From the IMG/VR virus record IMGVR_UViG_3300028596_000001: a stretch of 64,000 nt of DNA; one strand, 5' to 3'. Positions 16,661-25,752 of this stretch are shown here, one piece after another. A program made the position numbers and the translations under genes. Source of the DNA: a virus. Taxonomy: Duplodnaviria > Caudoviricetes. The first letter of the stretch is position 1. Every line of letters starts with the position of its first letter. The notes below the pieces were generated by a model that was not told where the DNA came from, did no database searches, and saw only the letters and a program-made list of their open reading frames with translations.

Positions 16661-17416
16661 TTAGGCAGGCTGTACGTTTACGTACTCATAGAAAGCAGTA
16701 CACACTTCCCGCACCGACTCTGCCAGTTCGTTCATATCTAGTCCGACCACCGGGGCACCAACACTGGAAATAACATCCAGTCGGCCATGGTGCCCTTCAA
16801 TGGTCACCTGGTGTTTATGCGAACTCCCAAATTTGATTTGGACGTAAGCCAAACGCTGGTCAGTCATGTGGTGGTAGGTGACAACTGCATCACCCAGAGG
16901 ACCTCTACCAACTACCCCCTTATAACGTCCATGAGTAGCATGGATACTTTCAATCAACTTACCCAATTCCACCATGATAGCCGTGACAGGTCTTGGTTCG
17001 TTGGCAGCAGTAAGGTCAACAACCGATGGCGGCGATAGGAGGTCCTTCGCAGTACTACGCCATACATTAGAACAAAGGGCCGCGATGGTCTTGGTGTTAT
17101 CAAACTTTATCACCGCCTGCTGGACCAATGGCTTCCAGAAATGCGCATCCGCTTCTGCCAACCGGGAATGGTAGGTAGCAGGACCGAATATCAACAGTGC
17201 TCTTTCAGACATGCTGAAGTTGTACAGGCAAGCCTTGAGTTCGCCATTGCTTTGATCGGTGACAAATACCAAATGGTATCCTTCATCAACAACAGTCGAC
17301 ACCAGGTCAGGGCGTTGCAGTGCGTCTTTTGAGAGAACGGACTGGTAACTCTCTACCAGCCCTTTACCCATGGCCATGATCTGTTTGATCAACGGATCAG
17401 AAGTATTAGCATCCAT
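16661..17416 (-). CDS. Hypothetical protein
   Basis: Start reassigned to ATG 17416 (AAGGA RBS, MDANTSDPL), ~251 aa. Confidence 0.7.
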   Translation of the reverse strand: MDANTSDPLIKQIMAMGKGLVESYQSVLSKDALQRPDLVSTVVDEGYHLVFVTDQSNGELKACLYNFSMSERALLIFGPATYHSRLAEADAHFWKPLVQQAVIKFDNTKTIAALCSNVWRSTAKDLLSPPSVVDLTAANEPRPVTAIMVELGKLIESIHATHGRYKGVVGRGPLGDAVVTYHHMTDQRLAYVQIKFGSSHKHQVTIEGHHGRLDVISSVGAPVVGLDMNELAESVREVCTAFYEYVNVQPA

Positions 17417-18410
17417 GTTCACATCCTTGTTTAGGAACTTTCGCCCATTCACCGCCGACCTTCGTGTAACTGTACGACGACAGGTATTCGTGGGAATGAT
17501 GGAACTGTTCATCAGTAAGTGGGATACGGAACGCCGCGCTGTTGGCATGACCACCGCCACCGAAGCGTTTGGCGATCTCACCTACGTGCACACCGCCATC
17601 CTTCTTACTACGCAGCGAGTACTGACGACCATCACGACCATCTGCATAAGTAACCGAGAACGGTTCACCGACAGACAGAGCAGCACCCAGCTCATTGCGG
17701 AACAGGGAGTTCGCGTTAACGATAGGTACGTCGTAATCATCCAGCTTGAAGCGACGAGCGCTCCGTGACAGACCCTTAACGGTCTTATCGATATGACGCT
17801 GGATGGCAACACCTTCAGCTACCAGTTCGTCGATATCTTTGTTGATGACCGTGTCGAAGGTAGTGACGTTCATTTCATAACTAAACGCGGCAGCAACCCA
17901 ATGTTTGGTGTTGGGGTGTTTGTGCCACCACATGTCGTAGTCTTCGGCGTAAATGATCCCCAGGGGACAGGCCGACGACACGTTATCGACGTTGAACCAT
18001 TTCCAGGCCAACATGGCACCAGAGTGACGATTATCAACGACAACAACCGAACCACCATCTCCCTGTTCGCTTTTGAACCAAGCTTCCAGACCTTTCTCCC
18101 ATTCCTTCTCGGCGATGGGAGCGAGTTCTTTCAAGGCGGTATCGTGGTGATCCAGTACCAGCAACGAACAGATCGACATGAGGTGTTTGGTGGTGTGCAG
18201 ATCAAAAGCAAAGTCCACACAGATAACACGTTTACCGATCAGCTTTCCAAAACCCTGGCCGAAGATGTCTTCGAAGTCATCCCCGTACTGAACAGCCACA
18301 GTATCAGCCTGACCACCGTAATACTTCCAGACTACCCAACCAGCAGCCAGACCGTCCAGGCAGTTCTTGTGGTAAATAATCACTACATCGTGTTGCGATT
18401 CAAAAGCCAT
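17406..18410 (-). CDS. DHH/DHHA1-family phosphoesterase
   Basis: YHKNCLDG, CVDF, LDHHD, YSLRS and GGGGHANSAAF motifs. Confidence 0.9.
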   Translation of the reverse strand: MAFESQHDVVIIYHKNCLDGLAAGWVVWKYYGGQADTVAVQYGDDFEDIFGQGFGKLIGKRVICVDFAFDLHTTKHLMSICSLLVLDHHDTALKELAPIAEKEWEKGLEAWFKSEQGDGGSVVVVDNRHSGAMLAWKWFNVDNVSSACPLGIIYAEDYDMWWHKHPNTKHWVAAAFSYEMNVTTFDTVINKDIDELVAEGVAIQRHIDKTVKGLSRSARRFKLDDYDVPIVNANSLFRNELGAALSVGEPFSVTYADGRDGRQYSLRSKKDGGVHVGEIAKRFGGGGHANSAAFRIPLTDEQFHHSHEYLSSYSYTKVGGEWAKVPKQGCEHGC

Positions 18411-18413
18411 TAC

Positions 18414-18725
18414 TTAAACCCCGTTCTTAACCCAGAATTCCGTTTGCTCTTCACTGCGAGTAGCAATGTACGCACCCTGTTCATTGACTGCATCGTAGTA
18501 CGCGTTTTCTTCGTAAAGGTATTCGACCTTATCGATGAAGCCGTTCTTGATGGTCACGTAGAAAGCACGGCCGTCGGGCTGGTCCGCACGTACGCGCACT
18601 TCAGGCCCGCCGACCACACCCAATACACCTTCTAATGCAAAGGTGGTGATGTGTTCGGACTTTTCGGAACCTCGCTCGATGAAACGCCAGTCATTGCCGT
18701 GTTTAAAGAAACGATAACGAAACAT
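18414..18725 (-). CDS. Hypothetical protein
   Basis: 103 aa in operon. Confidence 0.7.
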   Translation of the reverse strand: MFRYRFFKHGNDWRFIERGSEKSEHITTFALEGVLGVVGGPEVRVRADQPDGRAFYVTIKNGFIDKVEYLYEENAYYDAVNEQGAYIATRSEEQTEFWVKNGV

Positions 18726-19105
18726 TAGACGTCCTTATTCTTTTCTTTTAAGAAACCTTCTTTACGCTTCGCCAATTTAACCGCGATGGTATCCTTGGTC
18801 GATTGCAGAAGACCTTCAATGAGTTTCCGAGGGAAGAGTGGTTCGTTGTTACCATTCTTCCGCGGATAGACGATGGACTCACGAGTGATAACGACTAATG
18901 GGTCAGGGTTTTCCACGGCACTCAAGCTGTAATGGATGACGATGGAAGGATTCCCTGTTTTGAAATCTTTACAGTGCAGGCAGAAATTATTGTTTTCCGG
19001 GATGTAGAAACCACCAACACGGAAATCGGATATGATCTCCGAAGCTGAGGCAATCAACATCTCATCAGTAACCTCTGCAACATCATCCACTTGTTTGTTT
19101 TCCAT
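18725..19105 (-). CDS. Hypothetical protein
   Basis: 126 aa in operon. Confidence 0.7.
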   Translation of the reverse strand: MENKQVDDVAEVTDEMLIASASEIISDFRVGGFYIPENNNFCLHCKDFKTGNPSIVIHYSLSAVENPDPLVVITRESIVYPRKNGNNEPLFPRKLIEGLLQSTKDTIAVKLAKRKEGFLKEKNKDV

Positions 19106-19114
19106 GAGAAGTCC

Positions 19115-19306
19115 TTAGCCTTTGTGGCGCGGGTCTTTGACGTGGATGGCAACGATGGTGCCACGAGATTTCTTAATTCGTGCGAAGGTGCGACGAGCAG
19201 CTGTGTCCGCAGGGCACGGCATCTTCATGCAGTCAGTAGTAAACTGCAAATGCCCGAGTTTAGCCAAGAACAAGTATTCCCGCTTTACTTTATATTTCTC
19301 GACCAT
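19115..19306 (-). CDS. Small basic protein, paralog A
   Basis: 63 aa ending RGTIVAIHVKDPRH. Confidence 0.75.
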   Translation of the reverse strand: MVEKYKVKREYLFLAKLGHLQFTTDCMKMPCPADTAARRTFARIKKSRGTIVAIHVKDPRHKG

Positions 19307-19310
19307 GAAC

Positions 19311-19490
19311 TTATTCCTTGTCCAGCGGGTAGCGTGGGTTCTTGATATGGACAGCCACGATGGTCCGGCCAGTACGGATGCGTTCCTGGATACGTCTTAC
19401 AGCCGCTTCTGCAAAACCCGCGTCTTGCTCACGGAAATAGCGCCAGCCGGCGGAGTCTTCGGTGATCTCTACGATGTACTTGCTTTCCAT
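19311..19490 (-). CDS. Small basic protein, paralog B (absent from the ORF track)
   Basis: Hand-translated 59 aa MESKYIVEITEDSAGWRYFREQDAGFAEAAVRRIQERIRTGRTIVAVHIKNPRYPLDKE; AAGGAATAAGAAT upstream; fills the operon gap exactly. Confidence 0.8.
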   Translation of the reverse strand: MESKYIVEITEDSAGWRYFREQDAGFAEAAVRRIQERIRTGRTIVAVHIKNPRYPLDKE

Positions 19491-19494
19491 ATTC

Positions 19495-19821
19495 TTATTC
19501 CTTTTTCAAATGGACTGAACCAACTGACTCGGTTTGAGGTGCCATGGACGTGGCATAAGGTCCAACATAATTGATAACATCAACCATAACCTTAACGTCG
19601 TCGTGTTCTTTGAGGAAGGTTGCAGTACCCTCCCCGTTACGCAAAGTTTCCAGGTAGACGTTACCGTGGCCGTGAGCGTCAGAGATACGGTTAAACAAAG
19701 TGCTACCAGCCAAGTCCTCAGACAAACGGATCTGAGGGAACTTGTGGAAATCCAGGAAGCGTTCCATGTGGATTGCGCCGTCTTGTACAGCTCTTACTCG
19801 TAGAAAAGAGAACTGTGCCAT
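19495..19821 (-). CDS. Hypothetical protein
   Basis: 108 aa, GGAG RBS. Confidence 0.7.
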   Translation of the reverse strand: MAQFSFLRVRAVQDGAIHMERFLDFHKFPQIRLSEDLAGSTLFNRISDAHGHGNVYLETLRNGEGTATFLKEHDDVKVMVDVINYVGPYATSMAPQTESVGSVHLKKE

Positions 19822-19830
19822 AACCGCTCC

Positions 19831-20148
19831 TTATTGGCTTTTGTCACAAATGGCTTGTAGGCCCTTCAGCTCAGAGCCATAACGATCACCGTAGCGGAAG
19901 TCTTCTACTACAACGTCCCATTTGCTACCGATCTTCACTTTTTCTGCTTCACTTCTTCTGCAGCCAAAGCGCTCGTCACGATAGACCTTGTTGGTGCCGA
20001 CTACTTTAAGGTCCAACGTACTACCACGTTTAGACCGGAGATCAACGTCAATCACTTCCATAGTGACACGTTCGGTCTTGGTGACTTCACGTTCTGGACA
20101 ACCGGTCAGTGCAGCCATTGCCAAAGAAACTACTAACAACTTACGCAT
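19831..20148 (-). CDS. Lipoprotein
   Basis: MRKLLVVSLAMAALTG-C lipobox. Confidence 0.8.
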   Translation of the reverse strand: MRKLLVVSLAMAALTGCPEREVTKTERVTMEVIDVDLRSKRGSTLDLKVVGTNKVYRDERFGCRRSEAEKVKIGSKWDVVVEDFRYGDRYGSELKGLQAICDKSQ

Positions 20149-20150
20149 GA

Positions 20151-20498
20151 TTACCCCGCAATAATCAAAGAGTTCATTGCTGCCTTGATGGTGTCGACAG
20201 CTTCATCCAGGACCAACAGTACTTCTGTGTTGATGTAGATTACCAGATGCTGGTCTTGTTTACAGATCATGCAGATCGGCAACAGACTTTGTTTGTAGTC
20301 GTAGATGTAAACAACCGGGCCGTTGTCACGACAGACGTTATAAAGCGCCAGCACGTTGTCACGTGAGTTGAAGTGCGTAACGCTGTTACGACTATAAGAC
20401 AACTCTTTGTGTAATTTTTCAATGGATCGGTATGTAGACCCCAGGTCACAACGACTGTTAGCCAGGGTGGTGAAGTGTTGCTCGAATCCCTTGATCAT
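20151..20498 (-). CDS. Hypothetical protein
   Basis: 115 aa, ATGA overlap. Confidence 0.7.
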   Translation of the reverse strand: MIKGFEQHFTTLANSRCDLGSTYRSIEKLHKELSYSRNSVTHFNSRDNVLALYNVCRDNGPVVYIYDYKQSLLPICMICKQDQHLVIYINTEVLLVLDEAVDTIKAAMNSLIIAG

Positions 20499-21214
20499 CG
20501 CAGATCACCTTGTGGTTTGCCAACGATATCGATACAACGGAACACAGCAAAGCCGTCATTGAACTCAGCAGCCAGTCGTCCGGCTTCACTCATAGCCAAA
20601 GCCATGGTCAAATGACGGAACGGCGCACGGTTGAACAACGCCACACCATTATTACCTACCTTGGCGATTACGTAACGGCCGAGAGTCTTGTTATAGTTCT
20701 CACGGTAGGTAATGTCGTTAGCCTTAGTGAACTTGTTGTGGTACAGTCTGAAGCCATCCCACAATGCATTCACTCGTGCATTGAGGTAGTTGTCATTGAA
20801 GTCCCTGGCCAGGTCGCTCTTTGTGAGGCCCGGCTCGATCTCAAACACGACATCTTCGAACTCAGTCCGAAGCGAGCTACGCTTGGTATTTGGATTGGGG
20901 GCGAATTGCATCTTCGGAGCATCGGCCTTGGGTTTCTTGGCGGTGCTCACATTGTGCAATGGAATTGCCAGAATGTACGGGTCTTTGGGATCCTCGGAGA
21001 TATACACGACCGGGTTGAGGCTGTCGTTGAAGTTACGGCCAGTACGTTCCAGCAAACGGTCCAGTACTTCGTTCAGCGCACCTTCGGCATCTGGCTCACT
21101 GAGACCATTCTCAACGGCCAGTTCTTTTGCGCGATTATCGATCCACTCAGGGGAAATAGCCCGCAGGGAATAACCCTGCTCGTGGAAGAAGTCTTCGCGG
21201 TCTTTGGTTTCCAT
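20495..21214 (-). CDS. Hypothetical protein
   Basis: 239 aa with C-terminal PFRHLTMALAMSEAGRLA. Confidence 0.75.
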   Translation of the reverse strand: METKDREDFFHEQGYSLRAISPEWIDNRAKELAVENGLSEPDAEGALNEVLDRLLERTGRNFNDSLNPVVYISEDPKDPYILAIPLHNVSTAKKPKADAPKMQFAPNPNTKRSSLRTEFEDVVFEIEPGLTKSDLARDFNDNYLNARVNALWDGFRLYHNKFTKANDITYRENYNKTLGRYVIAKVGNNGVALFNRAPFRHLTMALAMSEAGRLAAEFNDGFAVFRCIDIVGKPQGDLR

Positions 21215-21229
21215 TACATCTGTCCTTAA

Positions 21230-21781
21230 TTAAGCAGCGGCAACTGGGGGAGTACCCGCCAGTGGTTTATATTCTTCGTCAATAGTAGTTGGGTTAGCGG
21301 CGGCTTCAACAGCCAATTCGTCAGCCATTTCGTTAAACGGATCACCAGCATGGCCGGCTACCTTGTGGAAGGTAACCTTGTTTAGCTTGAGTAGCTCGTC
21401 CATGATCTTCCAGAGATCGGCGTTCTTAACCGGGGTTTGTGCCTGGTAGGTTACCCAATTGTTACGAATCCATCCACGCAGCCAATTGGTGGCGCCGTCG
21501 ATAACATATTGGGAATCAGTGCAGATAATGAAATGTTTACCTGGCCCGAACTCTTCCAGGGCGGCAATTACCCCCAAGATCTCTTGGCGGTTATTGGTGG
21601 TCATGTAGTAGCCCTTAGACAGCTTAACCACAATGCCATCATAGATAGCTACAATCCCATAACCTCCAGGTCCGGGGTTACCCTTACAGGCGCCGTCAGT
21701 ATAGATGATGTAAGGATTCTGTTTTAAAGCTTCCTTAACCCCCTTGTTACTGACTTTCTTTTTGAAACGATTACTAGCCAT
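21230..21781 (-). CDS. rnhA: Ribonuclease HI
   Basis: YTDGACKGNPGPGGYG, TNNRQEI, TDSQYV, NADLW, GHAGDPFNEMADELA. Confidence 0.95.
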   Translation of the reverse strand: MASNRFKKKVSNKGVKEALKQNPYIIYTDGACKGNPGPGGYGIVAIYDGIVVKLSKGYYMTTNNRQEILGVIAALEEFGPGKHFIICTDSQYVIDGATNWLRGWIRNNWVTYQAQTPVKNADLWKIMDELLKLNKVTFHKVAGHAGDPFNEMADELAVEAAANPTTIDEEYKPLAGTPPVAAA

Positions 21782-21829
21782 AAGAACCTCTGACCGAGGA
21801 GGGTGGTTAACCCTCCCCAGCTTTACAGG

Positions 21830-23233
21830 TTAAAAGTACATGTTGAAACTGTCGGTGGTATCACGCGGTTCCAACTGACGGGTCATCTCAGCGGCGGTGT
21901 CGATAGTTTTGATAACCTTGACACGCGACATGATGGTGTCGGACACGTAACGCAGGATGCTGACCATCAGTGGATCGTTGGACGGTTTAACAGCTGGCTC
22001 TTCGTAACGGCCATCGAACATTACCAGGGCCTTACCCAACCACTCGTCCAGCTCGTTGCGCAGTTCCCACTCTTCTTTGTCCAGCTTGAACTTGAACGGA
22101 TCGGAAGTACCAAAGCCACCACCGATGATCTCGATGGTGTTTTCTTCGGTACGGACCATGAGCATGTCGCGGAAACGGCCGTGCGGCAGAACAACCTCGG
22201 TAATCGCCAGCTTGTTGCGAGCATAGAGCGAGTTGGTGTTGATCGTCCGGTCTTTCACGCTCTGGTTGGCGATACCGATGAAGGTAGGGCAGTTCAACCA
22301 GCAACGCATCAGGTTAACGCCGGTGAGGGACAGGCGGCTGTTGGTACGAACGGTGGTCTCGGTGATAGTACACTCCTTGACCGCTACCCGCCCGTTACAG
22401 TCGATCTTGGAATCGGTGATCTGTGCCTGGAAGTAATCACCGCGGCTCAAACCACTGCGACGGATAGTGGAACGCTCCAGATAGACACCGTTGTAGTTGG
22501 TATCGAACTCACGCACTTTCTCGTATTCGCCCACATCCAGTTTCTTTGGAGTGTGGTCGACAGTGGTGTCACTGATCAGGCACTCGCTGTACTTGCCGCC
22601 GATCAGACTGACCGAGTTGAACAGACTGCAATCACGCACGTCGGCGTTGATCACGATAACAGACGCGCCGCGCTTGTGATCGACCTGGTTGCGGTTCATG
22701 CTCCAAGGATTGGACAGGTGCCCACCGCTATCACGCTCGATCCACACCTTGGAGTCTTTGGACATCAAGTAGGCGTGGTACTGCCCTTCCAGCTCGAAGA
22801 TGTACGCATCGAGTACGGTCTCTTTCGGAACCGGCAGTCCGTAATGGCGGTAGCAGAACCATTCGGAACTGAGGCCATCCGGGAAAGTCCGCATACCTTC
22901 CGGGTTATTGATTGCGGTGATGGAACCAAAGGTGAAGTCGCTAGCCACTGGGGCCAGCAAGTTACCCAAGACCACCAGGCCGGAGTCTAATCGGTCGAAA
23001 TCTTTAATTGAAAGGCCCGACTGCACGACCTGAGAGATCTTGGGTACTTCTTTGGGTTTGTTGCCACCACGGAAGGTCGGGAAGGTACTAACCAGCCGTT
23101 GGAATTTGGCTGGCTCCAGTACTTCTTTGGCCGTTACTGGTCCGACTACCATTGGCAGGGTGGTTTCTTTGGACGCCACTTCTACCTTGGCAGTCCGAGC
23201 TGTCTTCACTACTGCTTTTGTATCAGTCATCAC
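21830..23233 (-). CDS. Hypothetical protein with a putative beta-solenoid core
   Basis: 467 aa; central S/T/I/C-rich short repeats; biased codons. Confidence 0.7.
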   Translation of the reverse strand: MMTDTKAVVKTARTAKVEVASKETTLPMVVGPVTAKEVLEPAKFQRLVSTFPTFRGGNKPKEVPKISQVVQSGLSIKDFDRLDSGLVVLGNLLAPVASDFTFGSITAINNPEGMRTFPDGLSSEWFCYRHYGLPVPKETVLDAYIFELEGQYHAYLMSKDSKVWIERDSGGHLSNPWSMNRNQVDHKRGASVIVINADVRDCSLFNSVSLIGGKYSECLISDTTVDHTPKKLDVGEYEKVREFDTNYNGVYLERSTIRRSGLSRGDYFQAQITDSKIDCNGRVAVKECTITETTVRTNSRLSLTGVNLMRCWLNCPTFIGIANQSVKDRTINTNSLYARNKLAITEVVLPHGRFRDMLMVRTEENTIEIIGGGFGTSDPFKFKLDKEEWELRNELDEWLGKALVMFDGRYEEPAVKPSNDPLMVSILRYVSDTIMSRVKVIKTIDTAAEMTRQLEPRDTTDSFNMYF

Positions 23234-25206
23234 TTGAGTCCTTTTATCGTTTCGATCAGTTTATCGATACTACTTGCTTTGGTTCCCTCGATCGTAGGGA
23301 TACCTAGCTCAGTTGCTTTTAATATCTTACTTTTACTAGGTTTCTCCCCGACCAACAGAAACTGGCAATCCTTGGTCAAATTCTCGACCAATTCAATTCC
23401 ATGGCTTGCAAAGTAAGCGCCCAGCTCTTCCCGAGCTTGGCCCAACGAACCGGTAACGATGCCTTTGATACCAGTTACTACCGTTTCGTTTACATCCACC
23501 GACATATAACGCAGAATGTCTCGAGCGTTGTCGTAGAAGTCCTCATTGCGCAATACAGCTGCTATAGGCAAAGCCAACCCAGCACCAAAGCCAGGAACCT
23601 TCATGACCTTCTCAGGGTCTTTCAGGAAGTCCAAGGCGTCAGTATTAGGTGCTTCATCCCGACGCAGTTCAATAGGCAAAGCATCAGCCAGTTTCTTGGC
23701 TCGAGTCAGATCAATGCCCGGCAGGCCCAGTGCTTTGATAATGATGTGCCACGGTTGTTTACGTGCTGCTTGAATGCGTTCAGCGATCTTCTCCCCGACA
23801 TTGGTAGGGTCCAGCAACCAAATAACATCAGAAGTACTGCTGATGACGTCGAAGTCAATCAACTGTGCCAGCTTGACTGGTCCGAGGTCTTCGATATTCA
23901 GGCAGCGTTTATCAACCAGCGCTACACAACGCATCAGAAGCTGCCCAGGACACTCCACAACGTTGTTACAAACGAGTTCGGCGCTGTTCTTGCTCTTACG
24001 TATCTCTAGAACAGAACCACAGCTAGGGCACTCTGTAGGAGCTTCAAAGAGGGGTCCGCTTCCGCTAGAGACGACACGATGCAACCGAGGAATAACATCG
24101 CCGTTGCGGCTGACCGAAATAACACTGTCTTCACGCAGCTCCAATGCAAGGAATTGGTAAATATTGTCCAGAGACGCTCGGTCACACTGAACACCGCCCA
24201 AACGAATAGGCTGGTAATTAATGCACGGAGTTACACGCCCAGTCTTACCTACCTGCCAGTCGATACTTACCGGAGTGGTTTCCTTCTCTTCGTCAGGGAA
24301 CTTGTAAGCAATGGCCCAGTTAGGATGACGGTTAGTCACCCCCAATTCAGCCTGGCGAGCGATACTGTTGATCTTGCGCACCACGCCGTCCACTGGAATG
24401 TTGAGCAGTACCCTGTTGCGTTCGATATCCTGTTTGGTTGCTTGTGGGGCTGGCCAGAACCCTAGGCGCTCCCAAGCAAACCGCAGTTCTTCGTATTCGT
24501 CACAACCAAAGTTGGTATCGGACCAGTAGATGTTGAAGTCCAGCAGTCCGATGGCGTTCTTGTCCATGTTCTTTTCCAGAGCACGAACAAAGCCACTGGC
24601 GGCATTACGTGGAGTACTCTTCTTCTTGACTGCTACCTCGTTGTAGGAGTCGAAGCTGAAGATATCCAGATAGCCTTCACCGCGTACTGTAAGCTGTTCC
24701 ATGCCCTTTTGGCCACGCAACACTTTAGGGATGGTGCGGAACAACGGAAGGGTGTGAGTTACGTCCTCACCTTCCATACCACTACCCCGAGTGGTCATCT
24801 GCTTGAATTCCAGATAACCGTCTTGGTTCTTGAGATACAGGATCTCCAACGCCAAGCCGTCGATCTTGTATTCGTCGTAGTACTCTTCGTCGGGGAACTT
24901 CTTGGTGAACTGTTCCAGCGCGTCGTGAGTCAATGCTTTCTTGAGGCTGAGCATTGGGTTGTCGAACGTAATCAACGTCAACCCAGCACCGCTAGGCTCG
25001 TGGATAGGTACTGGCTTGTTCTGTATGTCGAACAGTTCAGCCAGTTCCGGGTGGTGTTCCCGCAGCTCTTCGAAACGCTCCACCATTTCGTCGTAAACGT
25101 GGTTGGGGATGACCGCTGTGTTCTTGTTGAAGTACAAGTCGGCGTGATAGGCGATCTCTTTACTGAGCCTTTCCATCTCACCGAATACAGAATCTTTGTT
25201 AGGCAT
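23230..25206 (-). CDS. ligA: NAD+-dependent DNA ligase
   Basis: Domain Ia, EYKIDG motif I, TTRGSG, VDGVVRK, AIAYKF, VGKTG, CPSCGS zinc finger, HhH repeats, C-terminal BRCT. Confidence 0.95.
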   Translation of the reverse strand: MPNKDSVFGEMERLSKEIAYHADLYFNKNTAVIPNHVYDEMVERFEELREHHPELAELFDIQNKPVPIHEPSGAGLTLITFDNPMLSLKKALTHDALEQFTKKFPDEEYYDEYKIDGLALEILYLKNQDGYLEFKQMTTRGSGMEGEDVTHTLPLFRTIPKVLRGQKGMEQLTVRGEGYLDIFSFDSYNEVAVKKKSTPRNAASGFVRALEKNMDKNAIGLLDFNIYWSDTNFGCDEYEELRFAWERLGFWPAPQATKQDIERNRVLLNIPVDGVVRKINSIARQAELGVTNRHPNWAIAYKFPDEEKETTPVSIDWQVGKTGRVTPCINYQPIRLGGVQCDRASLDNIYQFLALELREDSVISVSRNGDVIPRLHRVVSSGSGPLFEAPTECPSCGSVLEIRKSKNSAELVCNNVVECPGQLLMRCVALVDKRCLNIEDLGPVKLAQLIDFDVISSTSDVIWLLDPTNVGEKIAERIQAARKQPWHIIIKALGLPGIDLTRAKKLADALPIELRRDEAPNTDALDFLKDPEKVMKVPGFGAGLALPIAAVLRNEDFYDNARDILRYMSVDVNETVVTGIKGIVTGSLGQAREELGAYFASHGIELVENLTKDCQFLLVGEKPSKSKILKATELGIPTIEGTKASSIDKLIETIKGLK

Positions 25207-25277
25207 ATTAACCTCGAAATTAGACCAAGCGGCTATAAGGCTAGGTACCAGGGTGTTACCCCCAGCACCTAGTCCGT

Positions 25278-25751
25278 TTAGGCCGACTCGCGTACTTTGT
25301 TCTTTTCAGCCATCAGATCATTCAGCAAGCGGATGTCGACCAGATCTTGGTCGCGCTTAGCTTTTGAGCGTTCTGGCTGGGCATAGCCACCACGTTTCTG
25401 GATCATCAACGTCAGAACGTCAAAGATTTGGATGCCTTCTTCATTACAGATTGGGAAGTAGGTATTACGTTTACGGATCCAGATGGGGTGCTCTTCGTCC
25501 CATTCCTTGCCGTGCCCACTCTCATACTGGAAAGCGACGTCCGTCATCGGATGGCAAATCACTTTCTGGTGAACGGCCAACTTGTGGAACGATTCTTCGT
25601 TTACCCACAGGTTGATGTCCTGGGTATGCTCTCGCAATCCCATGGCAACCAATGCACCGCCGCCACCCACGACCATGTGTTCAAATGGAATACCGTGGTC
25701 TTCGAAAAGAACTCGCAAAGTTACTGCGATGTCATAAGAACTCTTGAACAT
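25278..25751 (-). CDS. Nucleotidyltransferase-fold protein (DxD appears as DIN)
   Basis: VVGGGGALVAMGLREHTQDINLWV ... KRDQDLVDIRLL. Confidence 0.7.
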   Translation of the reverse strand: MFKSSYDIAVTLRVLFEDHGIPFEHMVVGGGGALVAMGLREHTQDINLWVNEESFHKLAVHQKVICHPMTDVAFQYESGHGKEWDEEHPIWIRKRNTYFPICNEEGIQIFDVLTLMIQKRGGYAQPERSKAKRDQDLVDIRLLNDLMAEKNKVRESA

Positions 25752-25752
25752 A

